Part shown: positions 34,926-46,082 of the stretch, one piece after another | Position numbering within the stretch: the first letter of the stretch is position 1 | Layout: the number at the start of each line of letters is the position of its first letter | Source: Diplonema japonicum | Taxonomy: Eukaryota; Protista; Euglenozoa: Diplonemea | Direction: 5' to 3' | NCBI GenBank assembly: GCA_964019335.1 | Contig: OZ025668.1 | Location: 372,001-436,000 of the forward strand | DNA: 64,000 bases | The notes under the pieces: model-generated | What the model was told of the DNA's origin: nothing | What the model saw: only the letters and a program-made list of their open reading frames with translations | The model's database searches: none | Translations under genes and position numbers: made by a program

Positions 34926-36331
34926 TCAATTAAGCTCAGACACGCCCAGCTTCGCATCACGATCACTCGAAATACGCCTGTAAACAAGACCCGCAACAAC
35001 ACAAACAACCACCATGAAACCAGTTACCATCCCGACCAGGGTGTTCACAGACGAAGGCTGAAGACTACAATTGCCAAGATGCTCCCTATCACAAGGGAGG
35101 GTGCCGTTCACAGCATCGAAATGCAGAAGGAGAGAGGAGAACGAGGGACCGGCGAACCTCCCAAGAGCAGAAGACACAGCAAGAAGCGCAAGAAGCGGCA
35201 TCAACATGCTAGTTTCATCAACAACTATGGAGTACAAAGCAGCCGTGGTAGACGAAGCCATACTGAACCCGAACACTGTGAGCCCACAACCTAAATACCA
35301 CATCCACATGTGTGATTTATCAGTATCATAGTCAGACGAATATTGGAAAAGCAAGCAGCAAGCAGCGGCAGCGATACAGGTACCTATGCAGGCAAGCGAG
35401 CCTTCTGAAAAGAGTTTTTCCCTTGCGATTCTTTTGTACGCAACTGAGGAAAGGTAAAAGCCCAACCCGCACACCCCGTATACTGTTGAGGCGGATTTTA
35501 CGCCTTCATTGAACCGGATCATTGTTATCGGCATCATCTGGCCAAAGATGCTCCAGAACCCGAAGAGAAGCAAGAAGTTGGCACAGACAATGGTGGCCAG
35601 GTCTCGTTTGGTGCTGAATGCAAGGTCTGTCATGTTGTTCTTTTGTTGTTGTTGTTGTTGGTTTTCTTCTTCTTCTTCTTCTTCTTCTTCGTCTTCGAGA
35701 AGGGGTGTGTTCCCATTGGAAGGGTCTTTGAAGTACTTGGAGCAAAACCCAGCGAGCAGTACTATATCCAGAATAACAACTACCCATCCAGGGAGTGTTT
35801 TTCCATCGAATTTCAACTGTCCCAAGGAAGACTCGGGGATGTACAGCAACAGATACCCAATTAAGGGACCGCTGAATCGGCCGAAGAATGTGTACATTCG
35901 AAAGGTGACGAACCCTTCTCCCCTGTGGGCTGTGGGGACAACCATGACGAGCTGCCCGAGGATTAACACGTAGCAAGCGCTGCCGATGCCCGCGATGAGA
36001 CGCCCCATCACGAATCTCGTTGTAGCCGTGTCAGGGTCGCCGTTTAGTGCAGTGCTGTACAGTATGTTGCCTATAATATTGAAAACCAACGATGCAATGT
36101 AGATGGACCGAAACCCTACCCTTTTCACGATGACCCCGAAGATTGGGAGGAAGACGAGCTGCGTCAAATCGTAGCAGGCAAACACCAACCCAAACGCATG
36201 CATGCTCCCCCCCAGGTCTTCCGTCCAGTACTCGAAAATCGACAGATACACAATCATAAAATCCATCGCCATCACAGAGCCCAGTATCAATGCCAGCTGT
36301 AGCGAGGTTTTTTCATCTTCTCGAACGTATT

Positions 36332-36335
<4 letters not shown>
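34926..36335 (-). CDS. MFS transporter (MFSD8/CLN7-like)
   Basis: About 12 hydrophobic segments; GNILY, GRLIAGIG, GR..GP motifs in both halves; poly-E/Q central loop. Confidence 0.85.
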
Positions 36336-36362
<27 letters not shown>

Positions 36363-36593
36363 CTTGTTGGTTTTTTTTTTCCTTTTTTTTGATTAAACCT
36401 TTTTTTTTTCCTGGATGATGGAGAGACATAGAAAAAAAAAAAGAAAGTTAGAAAGGGGGAAACAAAAAAAAGTCTACAACTGCTGAAAAATCAAAAATGT
36501 AAAAACATTAGTGAGAAAGTGCTTTGAACACCGTGTTCTTAAGCTAGGTTTTGAAAAGGGAAGGAAGATTGAAAAGGGAAGGAAGATTTCTCT

Positions 36594-36777
36594 TGTTCCA
36601 CCCCATTCTCCTGTCTCGCTGGCACGCATCTTGTGCGACACCGAAAGTGCGGAAGGAGGAAATGGAAAGTGGACATTATTCTTTTTTTTTGTTTGGCTGC
36701 ACATTCTGTTCCCGTTCTCCCGTCTCACTGGCACGCGTCTTGTGCGACACCGCAAATGTGGAAGGGGGAAATGGGAA
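36594..36777 (-). ncRNA. two tandem conserved RNA hairpins (cis-element or small ncRNA)
   Basis: Copies 36594-36673 and 36707-36777 each fold on the minus strand with compensatory changes (CGC/GCG vs CAC/GTG; CCT/AGG vs CCC/GGG) and G-U pairs; both are followed by ACA. Confidence 0.5.
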
Positions 36778-37120
36778 GATAGCCTTATTCTTATTATTCT
36801 TTCTTTTAGGGGAAGGGGGGGGGTGGCTATGTTGGCAAGGAAACGCGTTTCCAAGCTTTTTTTTTGAAAATAAAGAAACGGAAACGGAAACGTTTCCCCG
36901 TTTCTTGCCAACATAGCCCAATGGGCTCTTTGCTGCTGCTCTCAACGCGTAGCAGTGTTGACACGATCTTGCTAGCAACTAACTGTCTCTTGTCGAAAGT
37001 ATCTCTCGACTAGTGGACGAAGAAGAAACAAAGGTGGCCCCCTACTCGGAACTAAAGAGTTTAAATTTAAAAGGATGCAAAAACCTCAAGTTTATTTATT
37101 AATCGTTCCTTTTTTCGATC

Positions 37121-37972
37121 CTATTTATCCTCCTCCTTGACAAGCCAAGGTTTGGCAACACCTCCACTGCAGACCTTGACACCCCTCTGCACAGCGGGGC
37201 GTGCGAGGATCTTCTCGTACCACACCATGAGGTTCTTGTACTGCGTGGATGACAGGAAGCTGCAAGCGTTGTTTGTCTCGATCTTGTAACCCTCCTCCCT
37301 GACAATCTGATGGAACCAAGGGAAGCACGCCATGTCCGCAATGCTGTACTCCTCCCCAAGGATGTAAGGGCGCGACGCAAGGTGCTGGTCCAAGACAGAG
37401 CACAGTCTCTGGACCTCCATACCGTAGCGGGAGGCACCATAGTCACGTGCCTCGCACTTATCAGCAGGCGCGTAAGCGAAGAAGTGCCCGAAGTTGCCTG
37501 TCATGGGGCCTTGCCCTGCCATTTGCCAGAACAGCCAGTTCATAAGCTCAGCCCTTGCGACAGTGTCATCGGTAGGGGGGACGAACTTCTTGAACTTGTC
37601 AGCGAAGTACAACATGATGCTGGCGGACTCGAAGAGGTGCACCTCAGTGGAGCCGTCCTTGCCGCCCTTCCTGTCGACCGCGCAGGGGATCTTGCTGTTG
37701 GGGTTCACACCCACGAAGCCCTTGCTGAACTGGTCGCCCTTCATGATGCTTACGACATGAGCATCGTACTCCACGCCAAGCTCCTCAAGCAGGATGCCCA
37801 CTTTCCACCCGTTTGGCGTTGCAAGGGAGTACAGCTGAATGTCGGCGGTCCCTACTTCTGCAGGTGTTTCGTCACGTGCGCCTGCTGTGGGGCGGTTGAT
37901 GCCCGCCCATTTGTTCCCATTCGCCTTTGCGTACAAATCCTCGATCTTAGCAGGTGGTGCCCATGATGCCAT
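37121..37972 (-). CDS. yghU: YghU-type (Nu-class) glutathione transferase / disulfide oxidoreductase
   Basis: INRPTAGA N-terminal extension, QLYSLATPNG.KV, VNPNSKIP, FESASI, WLFWQM, FGHFFAYAP, YSIADMA.FPW. Confidence 0.88.
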   Translation of the reverse strand: MASWAPPAKIEDLYAKANGNKWAGINRPTAGARDETPAEVGTADIQLYSLATPNGWKVGILLEELGVEYDAHVVSIMKGDQFSKGFVGVNPNSKIPCAVDRKGGKDGSTEVHLFESASIMLYFADKFKKFVPPTDDTVARAELMNWLFWQMAGQGPMTGNFGHFFAYAPADKCEARDYGASRYGMEVQRLCSVLDQHLASRPYILGEEYSIADMACFPWFHQIVREEGYKIETNNACSFLSSTQYKNLMVWYEKILARPAVQRGVKVCSGGVAKPWLVKEEDK

Positions 37973-38406
37973 TATTATTATTTCTTTTTCTTTTTTAACC
38001 TGCGAAGGTTACGTGGCATCATTGTTAATAAAGAAATATAAAACCCAATGGAAGGATGAAATAAAAAAGGGATATTGGCTTCCTCTTGAGGCTCCTTTTT
38101 ATACACGTTTTGTTCAACTAATCGCCCCTCCTCTCACTCCCTCCCCTTTTTTTTTTCCCCTTAGTTCCCCTGCCCCTCCTTTTTTTTTCCATTCTTTTTT
38201 TTGTGTGTTTCCGTTTATTGTTACAGGGAAAAGGCAAAAAGAAAAAAAAGAAAAAAAGAGAAAGCAGAAAAGAGAAAAAAAGGAGGGAAGATAAAATGAA
38301 GGGGGGGGAAAAGAAAAGCGTTTCCCCCAACTTTTTATCTTTTATTCGGGGATCATCAAAACTCATAAAATGAATACGAAAAAAAAAAAAAAAAAAAATG
38401 AATACG

Positions 38407-38437
<31 letters not shown>

Positions 38438-38475
38438 ACAACCCCACACGCTACAAAAAAAAAAAAAAATCATGC

Positions 38476-39779
38476 TCACATCATCTTCCTGAAGTCCTTC
38501 ATGATGTTCTTGTGGTGGGATTCGGAGGTACCACCACCAATCTGTGTTTTTTTTTTTTTTCTTTTTTTCTCACTCCGTATCCCATACCTCAAGAAGCTTA
38601 GCATCCCTCCAAAGACGCTCCACGGGCATATCTCTCGAGTAACCCATCCCACCGAGAACCTGGATGGACATGTCGGCAACCTCCTTGGCAACAGGGGTGG
38701 CGAAGAGCTTAGCAGCGTCAGTACCAATTCTGTTCTGGGTAGTGGGGGACACTGTACGCGCGACAGTGTAGGTAAGTGCCCTGGCAGCCTCTGTCTTGGC
38801 GTAGCCCTCTGCGATGTGACGCTGGATCTGACCGAAGTCCGCAATGGGCTTCCCGAAAGCGACACGGGTGTTGGCGTAGTTGAAGGCCTCCTCAACACAT
38901 CGTGTGGCGATACCGACAGCCATGGCGGCAAGGGTCAGCCTCTCAATCTCAAGGTTGCGCATCATGCACATCACACCACCGCCTTCAGCACCAAGAAGGT
39001 TCTCCTTAGGGATCTTGACGTCGTTGAAGGCAAGCTCGCACATAGTCGAGGCGCGCATTCCGCATTTGTCGATCTTCTCACCGTTCGTGAAGCCCTCCAT
39101 GCCCCTCTCCAGGATGAATGCCGACACCTTCCCCTCAACCTTTGCGTACACAAGGTACACATCGGCGTGGGTAGCGTTCGTGATCCACGTCTTCCCACCG
39201 TTGAGGACGTAGTAGTCGCCCTTCTTCACGGCGTTGGACTGCATGCCAAGGACATCTGTTCCTGCTGAGGGTTCAGACATGCCCATGGACCCGATGAACT
39301 CACCAGACATCACTTTTTCAAGGTATTTCTCACGCTGCTGTTCGTTTGCCGAGTTGTAGAAGTTGTTCACAAAAAGCCTGTGTGGGGAGGAGGGGGAATT
39401 TTATTTTTTTATTTTTTTTGTTTTAGGAGGCATACATAGAGTGGGCGAGGTATGCCAGTGCGAAGCCCGCATCGAATTTGGACAGCTCCTCGTGGATGAT
39501 GCATGCTGCGGTGGCGTCAAGGCCAACACCTCCTGCTTCTGCAGGGACTGTCACGCCCATGACTCCCAGCTCGCCCAGCTCCTTGAACAGCGGGACGTTG
39601 AAGTCACCCCTCACATCAAACTCCCTAGCTTGCGGTTCCACCCTCTCCTTCCCGAATCTGTTCACCATCTCCCTCAGCTGCCTGTGCTCGTCGGTGGGGT
39701 TGTACAGGAAATCGGACCCCTGCATCGCCGCGAACCCCCTCGCGTACTTCCTTGTTGCTACTCCCGATGCCCTCTTCAT
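38476..39779 (-). CDS. IVD: isovaleryl-CoA dehydrogenase, mitochondrial, 3 exons
   Basis: MSEPSAGTDV..M, LNG.KTWITN, DK.GMR.S.MCEL.F, ERL.LA, R.AFG.PI.DF, RLWRDAKL.EIGGGTSE; introns 39378-39435 and 38542-38587; Arg-rich presequence. Confidence 0.88.
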
Positions 39780-40088
39780 TTTTATTTTCTTTAGTTTGAT
39801 GCTCTTTCAAATATATTTAAAAAACGCTAATTGTTTTTTTCTTTTTTTTTGCATTGAAAAAAATCTTTAAAAAAAAAACTCTTAAGAGAATGAAACTTTC
39901 TATGAAATATACCAAAAGGAGGGATAATAAAAAAAAAGAATAAGGGAGGGGCCGTTTCCGATATTAAGAAATAAAAGAAAACGGGGGCGGGGGGGGGGGC
40001 AATAAATCTATGAGGTAGGATGGGAATGGATTAATAACGGAAGAAAAAGAAAAAAAAAACACACTCTTTTATTTCCCTTTTTTTTTCT

Positions 40089-42049
40089 CTACGCCGCACG
40101 AAAAACAGCTGCAAGCATAACCCAAACAGAACAAACGGATTCTGCATAAGGAGTAATCTTGACACGGAGCACATGAGTCACCTTTTTTTAATATTCCCCC
40201 CCCTCTTTTTTTTATCCCCACACACCTCATCACCGTACAGCTCAACAATGTCCTTCGTGTGCTTGTTTGATATGAAGTGATTCAGCATCCTGATAGGAGA
40301 AGTGTGGGAAAAGTGCACAGGGAATGCAGTACAGTTCTGCCCTTGTCGGATATTGCTCTTGATAGCAGATTGGAAAGTACGCGATTCCAGTTGGACACCT
40401 GTCAGTTTTTGGTACTCATAAGACCACAGCGCCTGACTCACAACATGGGGGAGCACAGCTCTGTCCCACGACGTGACAATGCCCATTTGGTCTCTGTGGG
40501 AGGTGATGTGCTTGATAAGGTCATTTTCGATGGAGGTTTCTAGGTCGTTCAGCTGAGATGGTGAGTATAGAGGCCGCATGATGGCGGGGAGAGGGATGCG
40601 TGAGACGAGCTTCAGCTTGATGGGGTTCATGACCTTCCACAGCGTCTCGTCGTCGAAGTCGAACGACGTGCACGCCACGTGGTCGTCAGCCTGCATGCTC
40701 GCTGCAAGGAACTCATGTGAGTACAGACAATGCACCTTCACGAGCCCTGTCCAGCTTCCAACCGTCCCCAGCCCCTCCACATCTGCACCCGACGCCAGGT
40801 ACCGCGCGCCTGTCAGCACGTCCCACAGCAGTATCGACGGTGCGAAGCCGTGGTTAGGTATCTTCGTCAGGACGCATGTGGTGCGGTGGCCTGCTTCTGT
40901 TGCGCCCAGTGCCACATACGCATCCAAGCCGTGTCCGATGAGTAAGCTGCAGAGAAGATTAGCGTGTTCTGGGTAATCACCTTTACCTTTACACAAGAAG
41001 GAGAGAAGCGAAGTCCACGTGTCGCTTTGTCCTGCGCCGCTTGTGACGTGTTTGTCGTCGTCCTTGTCGTACGTGAGGAGCGAGACAAACCGTGCGGACT
41101 GCAGGGGCGAGTCGAGGACACGGGGCGCCGTGAGGGGCGCCACGAAGGAGGTGACGGGAGAGGTTTGCAACGAGTGCGATGAGTAGTTGGCGAAGACCTT
41201 GACGTTGCGCGTGGAGAAGATGTCGGAGATGGCGTGCAGCTCCTCCCACCACCTGCGTGCGTAGACGAGGAACTCACGGTCTGAGGCGGTGGCGTTGTTC
41301 TTCTCCGCATTGATCTGGTGTGTGACGTCTTGCTCGCTGACGTCCATTCTGTAGAAGGGAAGCAGTTCGAGCTGGAGTTCAAGCACGCCCACGGGGACCT
41401 TCAGGCCCTGCATACCACCGCCAAGCTCCACAGACATGTTCACTGCGCCTGTCTTTAGGACATTACGCCACTCCGTTACATTCTCTCCCACGTGGCGTGT
41501 CGTGCGTCGTGACGTGTCCGTCCGTGTGAGCACGATCTGCAATGGTGTGTCCAGTTTCAGGAGATCCCGTCCGTTGGGCAACCGCAGGCCCCTGTCCCTT
41601 GCCCGTGCCAGCTCGTGGTCTAGGTTGATCAAAAAGGAATCATCGAAATCAGGGTCGCACTCGCACTCCACGGGGCTTGACTGGAACCGCTGCGAGCCGA
41701 ACTGCATGTGCACAGTCAGCATCTCACCCTTGTTGATGGTGTCGAGATGTTCCAGGAAGGCCCGCCCCCCAAGCAGCTTCACGTGAAGATGCCGTCCTTT
41801 GTCCGTTTGAAGCTTTGGCTCTTCTTTCACAGGCGGTGCTTGTTTGCACGCGACGCTTTCCACCATCTTCTCTACCATCCCCCTTTCGTTGAGCAGCTGC
41901 AGCAAAGTGTTGCCCCCCGGCTGCCGACCCTCATCGGCGGTGTATTCAGCGAGCACCTGGCGAATCTGTGCGTAAACGTTCCCTTCACGGAGGTGGTGGT
42001 CGACAAGCCGCCGGAGCTCTTGTATTTTGTGGGGAGGGAAATCTTCCAT
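40089..42049 (-). CDS. CEP76: CEP76-like centriolar protein (C2 domain plus transglutaminase-like fold), 2 exons
   Basis: LHVKLLGGRAFLEHL, QRFQSSPVECECDPDF, FLVYARRWW.E, GD..EHANLLCSLL.G.GLDAYV; intron 40182-40225 restores the conserved end (RVKITPYAESVCSVWVMLA). Confidence 0.88.
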
Positions 42050-42254
42050 TTCTTTTTTCTTTTTCTTTTTTTGTGGAACAAAGTTCCCTCTTGTTTCGCC
42101 CTCCCCTTCCACCTGGTATTTATTTTTTTAACACACTTTTTTCACTGAATCAAAGGGAGGGGGGGGGGGGGGGGCTTAAAGAAACGTATATACATCAACT
42201 TCTCATTGTCGTCTGTTTTTTTTTCTTTCTTCTTTTTTTTTTCCTTTTTTCTTT

Positions 42255-43097
42255 TCACGCGTTTGATGTGAATGAGGTGAACCGCTTCTCCTTGACCCAA
42301 GGTGGTCGGAAGGAGAACATGACGTGGTTGTCTTCAGTGATCAGGTCCCACCCCTCGCTTACCTTCCGCAGCTCGAACCTCTGCGAGATAGCAGAGCTGT
42401 TGGCCATCACGTTCATGTAGGCAACAAGCCCGTGGTGGTTCTTGTTGAGGTTCTCTCTGTTGAAGTACACAACGATAAGGTCCTCTGCGGTAGTGAAGAC
42501 AGTCGGTTGCAGCTCCTCCCAATCTGCGGCAAGGGCACGGTAGATGGCTGACATGATATCAGTCATCATAGCCCTTGTGGGCCGGTTAAGAGGCTTGTCC
42601 CTCCCAGAGGGGATGAAAGGACCCGCAATGACCTTTCGTTCTTCTACCCACTTCCCTCGCAGAACTTCATCCTTTACGGTGTCAAAGGGATCTGTGACGT
42701 AAGGGTAGGTTTGTTCATATTTTTGTGTAGCGATGGTTCCGGGTGCTACGAAGGGCACGTCGCCTGCGATGACTCCCATTTTCATGTGATGGTCCTTTCG
42801 TTCTCTGCTTTTCAACTCGGCTCCAAGATCATACGGGCTTGCACTGTACTCGAAATCAGTGAAATATCCCTTCCCATGGCCACTCTTGAATCCTAGGCTG
42901 GCATCCGTCAACACACTGGCATCATCGGCTACAGGAGGCGGTGCGACACGTCCTGAGATGTCCGATATGGCCGTGTAGCTACCTGGTGCAAACGCCGCCT
43001 TAATCGCTTCGTGTTCCAACCCCAAATTGGGGGGAAGCTTGCTTGTCAAATTCGGCTTCGCATACCCTGGTATTCTTTTGCTGCCTTCTTCAGACAT
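42255..43097 (-). CDS. hypothetical protein
   Basis: 280-codon ORF from MSEEGSKR after an A-rich leader, coding-like composition; no family recognised. Confidence 0.75.
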   Translation of the reverse strand: MSEEGSKRIPGYAKPNLTSKLPPNLGLEHEAIKAAFAPGSYTAISDISGRVAPPPVADDASVLTDASLGFKSGHGKGYFTDFEYSASPYDLGAELKSRERKDHHMKMGVIAGDVPFVAPGTIATQKYEQTYPYVTDPFDTVKDEVLRGKWVEERKVIAGPFIPSGRDKPLNRPTRAMMTDIMSAIYRALAADWEELQPTVFTTAEDLIVVYFNRENLNKNHHGLVAYMNVMANSSAISQRFELRKVSEGWDLITEDNHVMFSFRPPWVKEKRFTSFTSNA

Positions 43098-43797
43098 TTT
43101 TCTTAAAAAAGAGAAAATATCTTCACCCTGACAATATATTTTCTTTAGAGGGGGGGGGGGGGGAAGGGGTGCGGGGAGAATAAGAAATGAGTCTTGTGAA
43201 ATTCTCGCGAGCCTCATAAGTCCCCAGCGGTCCTGGTGAGAGAGGGTTAAGAAAGTTTAAATTTTGAGATAAGCGGTGTGAAACACTCAAAGGATTATCT
43301 AAAATCGAGAGAGTTACAAACACCTATCGAATGGCCTTTTTGGCTGAATTTTTGTGCTGTGCCTACCAGCCTGGAAACCTTGTCATTTTCTTATTTACCT
43401 TTGAATGATATCCCTAATAAGAAGAGTTGGCGGTTTGTGCAAAGTTGTCGTAGAAGATTAAAAGCCGAACAAAGCTGCCTCGATTCTTTTTAGCAATAAC
43501 AATTCATTTAAAATCAACCGATAAATGTAATAAACATCAATACTATATTTCTTTTTTTTTTTCTCGATACCAGAATTGGACTCTTTTCTTTTTTTTTTTT
43601 TTTTTGTTCCATGTAGTCTAGATCTGGTATGTTTTGTTATGTTATAAAAATGTTATTACAAAAGGGGGAAGGAAAAAAAGAGAGAAAAAAATGCTTATGC
43701 CGTTCGCGAGAGGAAAAAAAAAAAAAAAAAAAAAAAAAATCGAAGAGTGAGGTTAGAAGTTACTCCCTTTTTCCCCTCTGCGTGACGGATATTAAAG

Positions 43798-43834
<37 letters not shown>

Positions 43835-43939
43835 CGCTTTTACAAAACCAACGTCACCAACCGATTTTTGGGAATATAGTGCACCCGAGAGACAGCCACC
43901 CGACACCAAAGCCTTAAAAAGAGGTTTTTTTTTTTTTTT

Positions 43940-45169
43940 TCACGATTCATATTTCAACAGATATTTGTTCGAAATCGCTTTGAAAGACACTCTGCCAAGG
44001 GTAGGGTGGTCCGTCTCTTCACACGCACGGAAAACAAGCCCTTCCCTCTGTGTGGACTTGTGCAGCACAGATGGCCCTTCAGCTTTAAGAAGAAGAGAAG
44101 GAATATCGCTCTCTGTCAATGTGAAAGACTCGTGAATGACAGGCACCCATTCAAGCCTAAGCGAATCAACGAGACTCTTGGCTGGACTGTAGGAAAGATA
44201 TTTTTTGGTTTCAAGAGAGAAGACGGAAAAGAACCTTATGGTAAGAGACGGTAGCTTGTACCTATTAGCCTGTATCGATGGACCAACAAGTTCGCCTTGA
44301 AGCGCAATGTTATCAAGCCCAGCATTTCGCATACGCGTCTCAAGCTTCATTTTAATTGCAGTCTCACCATGGGTGGTGTCCTCGGTGACGACCCAATTCC
44401 TGCTTGCGACACCGAACTCCCCATTCATAAGGTACACTGTGATTGAAGCTCCATCCACTTTTTCTGTGACGTAGAATTTCATTTTGCTGGCAATCATGGT
44501 GTCAAGAACGGCGCACGGGATGTTCTGTACCCTTTCTTCGTCTGTTTTCGGGATTGTTGCTGGGAATCGCTTGATGACCTTTTCGCTCGGGAGCTTTGGT
44601 TCGAACTTCGTGATTCTCAGTAGCTCCGTCACGTCTTCGCCTTCCTTGAACTCCCCCTCTGGGAGGATGTCCAGTCTGAATAAGATACCCTGGGACAGCT
44701 CCCCTCTTATCTTTGCGGTCTTCACGGTGAATTTCTTTTTCTCTAATATCGCGTGCTCGGCGCGGCCTGCCACCACATCTTCTGGGACTACACTGTCTAT
44801 CTCGAGGTATACAGCAAGATCGCCTGCTTTGTACCCGTCTCTTTCTTTATGTGTCACGACCTGCCATCCCTTTACCTTCGCCACCGCTAGTAAATCAGCG
44901 TTGGAATGGTCGGTAACCTCGTCGATCTTCACGATGGTTGCTAGTTTGCGTATTTTTTCGCCAAGCTGTGCGGCGGGCTTCAACAGGTCGGGCTGCGGGA
45001 CAGGCTGCTTTTCATCCGAAACGTGTGCCGCTGCGGGGACGGCAGGGGACGGGAGGTGATCGAGGCTATCCACCCAGTTGGTCTTCAATAAAACGTCCAT
45101 TTTATTCTTTTCCTTCCTTCCCTGCAATACTACCTTTTTCGTCCATGTTAACGCTGTTCTGCGCATCAT
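43940..45169 (-). CDS. ATP-dependent RNA ligase, DRB0094/Rnl5 family
   Basis: N-terminal OB-like module (RKLATI..I..V..H.NADLL....V.GWQVV...GDL.VY.EIDS, KIRGELSQG); nucleotidyltransferase motifs TEKVDG, QGELVG, REGLVFR, SFKAISNKYLLK. Two candidate starts, 45169 and 45100. Confidence 0.92.
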   Translation of the reverse strand: MMRRTALTWTKKVVLQGRKEKNKMDVLLKTNWVDSLDHLPSPAVPAAAHVSDEKQPVPQPDLLKPAAQLGEKIRKLATIVKIDEVTDHSNADLLAVAKVKGWQVVTHKERDGYKAGDLAVYLEIDSVVPEDVVAGRAEHAILEKKKFTVKTAKIRGELSQGILFRLDILPEGEFKEGEDVTELLRITKFEPKLPSEKVIKRFPATIPKTDEERVQNIPCAVLDTMIASKMKFYVTEKVDGASITVYLMNGEFGVASRNWVVTEDTTHGETAIKMKLETRMRNAGLDNIALQGELVGPSIQANRYKLPSLTIRFFSVFSLETKKYLSYSPAKSLVDSLRLEWVPVIHESFTLTESDIPSLLLKAEGPSVLHKSTQREGLVFRACEETDHPTLGRVSFKAISNKYLLKYES

Positions 45170-45235
45170 CAGATGTCACACTTAATCAACGAAACAAAAC
45201 TTGAAATCTGATAAAATCTTTTTTTTTTTGTCGGT

Positions 45236-45332
45236 GAAAAATAAAAATAAAAATAAAAATAAAAATAAAAATAAAAATAAAAATAAAAATAAAAATAAAA
45301 ATAAATATAAATATAAAAATAAATATAAATAT
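45236..45332. repeat. (AAAAAT)n / (AAATAT)n microsatellite
   Basis: Hexamer tandem array seen directly. Confidence 0.95.
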
Positions 45333-45391
45333 AACTATGTTCGGGCCCCACGTTTCTTTGCACCCTTGCGCTGTAAAGGGAAAGGGGGGGG

Positions 45392-45967
45392 TCATGCAAG
45401 CTGGAGGTGTCCGTCATCACGAATGCCGGATGGCTGGAGGCGAAGGGCAAGCAACCGAAGGCTGTTGTAGCCACCTTTGAGCTCTTCAACAGTTTTGAAA
45501 CGTTCAAGAAGAGGATCGGGCGAGATGTCAGTAGGTTCAATGGCGTTAAGAAGCAAGAGCCTCGCGGCTGTAGATGGAGAGAAGTCGGCAATCGTGGATT
45601 GATAAATAGCTGTAGTCTGTGAAGCGTCACATGAGGCAATCACAATGACTACAGTGAGGAGGTCCTTAATAAAGTAAAGTATATCTTTTTCGTGCCCGCT
45701 TGCCCCTTCTTGGATTTCTTGTAGAGTGCCGTGCAGCTCAGAGACTGCGCATTCTATAGAACCGGTCACAGTGTCTCTCAGCCCTTCCACCATCTTCTTC
45801 ACTTCTTCGTGTTGCACGGACCATGAAGACACCATGAACACGGGGTCTTCTAAAGATAACAATTTTTCGCTGTTCGTGTAATGCCGTCTGAGGGTCCGCC
45901 GTACACCTGAAAGGATTTCTTTAAGATGATCTGAGGGTGGCATTTCTTGTTCAATTTCTTCGTCCAT
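45392..45967 (-). CDS. hypothetical helical protein
   Basis: 191-aa ORF from MDEEIEQEM directly after a poly(A) leader; coding-like composition. Confidence 0.65.
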   Translation of the reverse strand: MDEEIEQEMPPSDHLKEILSGVRRTLRRHYTNSEKLLSLEDPVFMVSSWSVQHEEVKKMVEGLRDTVTGSIECAVSELHGTLQEIQEGASGHEKDILYFIKDLLTVVIVIASCDASQTTAIYQSTIADFSPSTAARLLLLNAIEPTDISPDPLLERFKTVEELKGGYNSLRLLALRLQPSGIRDDGHLQLA

Positions 45968-46037
45968 TTTTTTTTTTTTTTTTTTTTTTTTTGTTATTAT
46001 CTGTGGGAATCTGGGAGAGGGGGACAACAAAAAGGGG

Positions 46038-46082
<45 letters not shown>

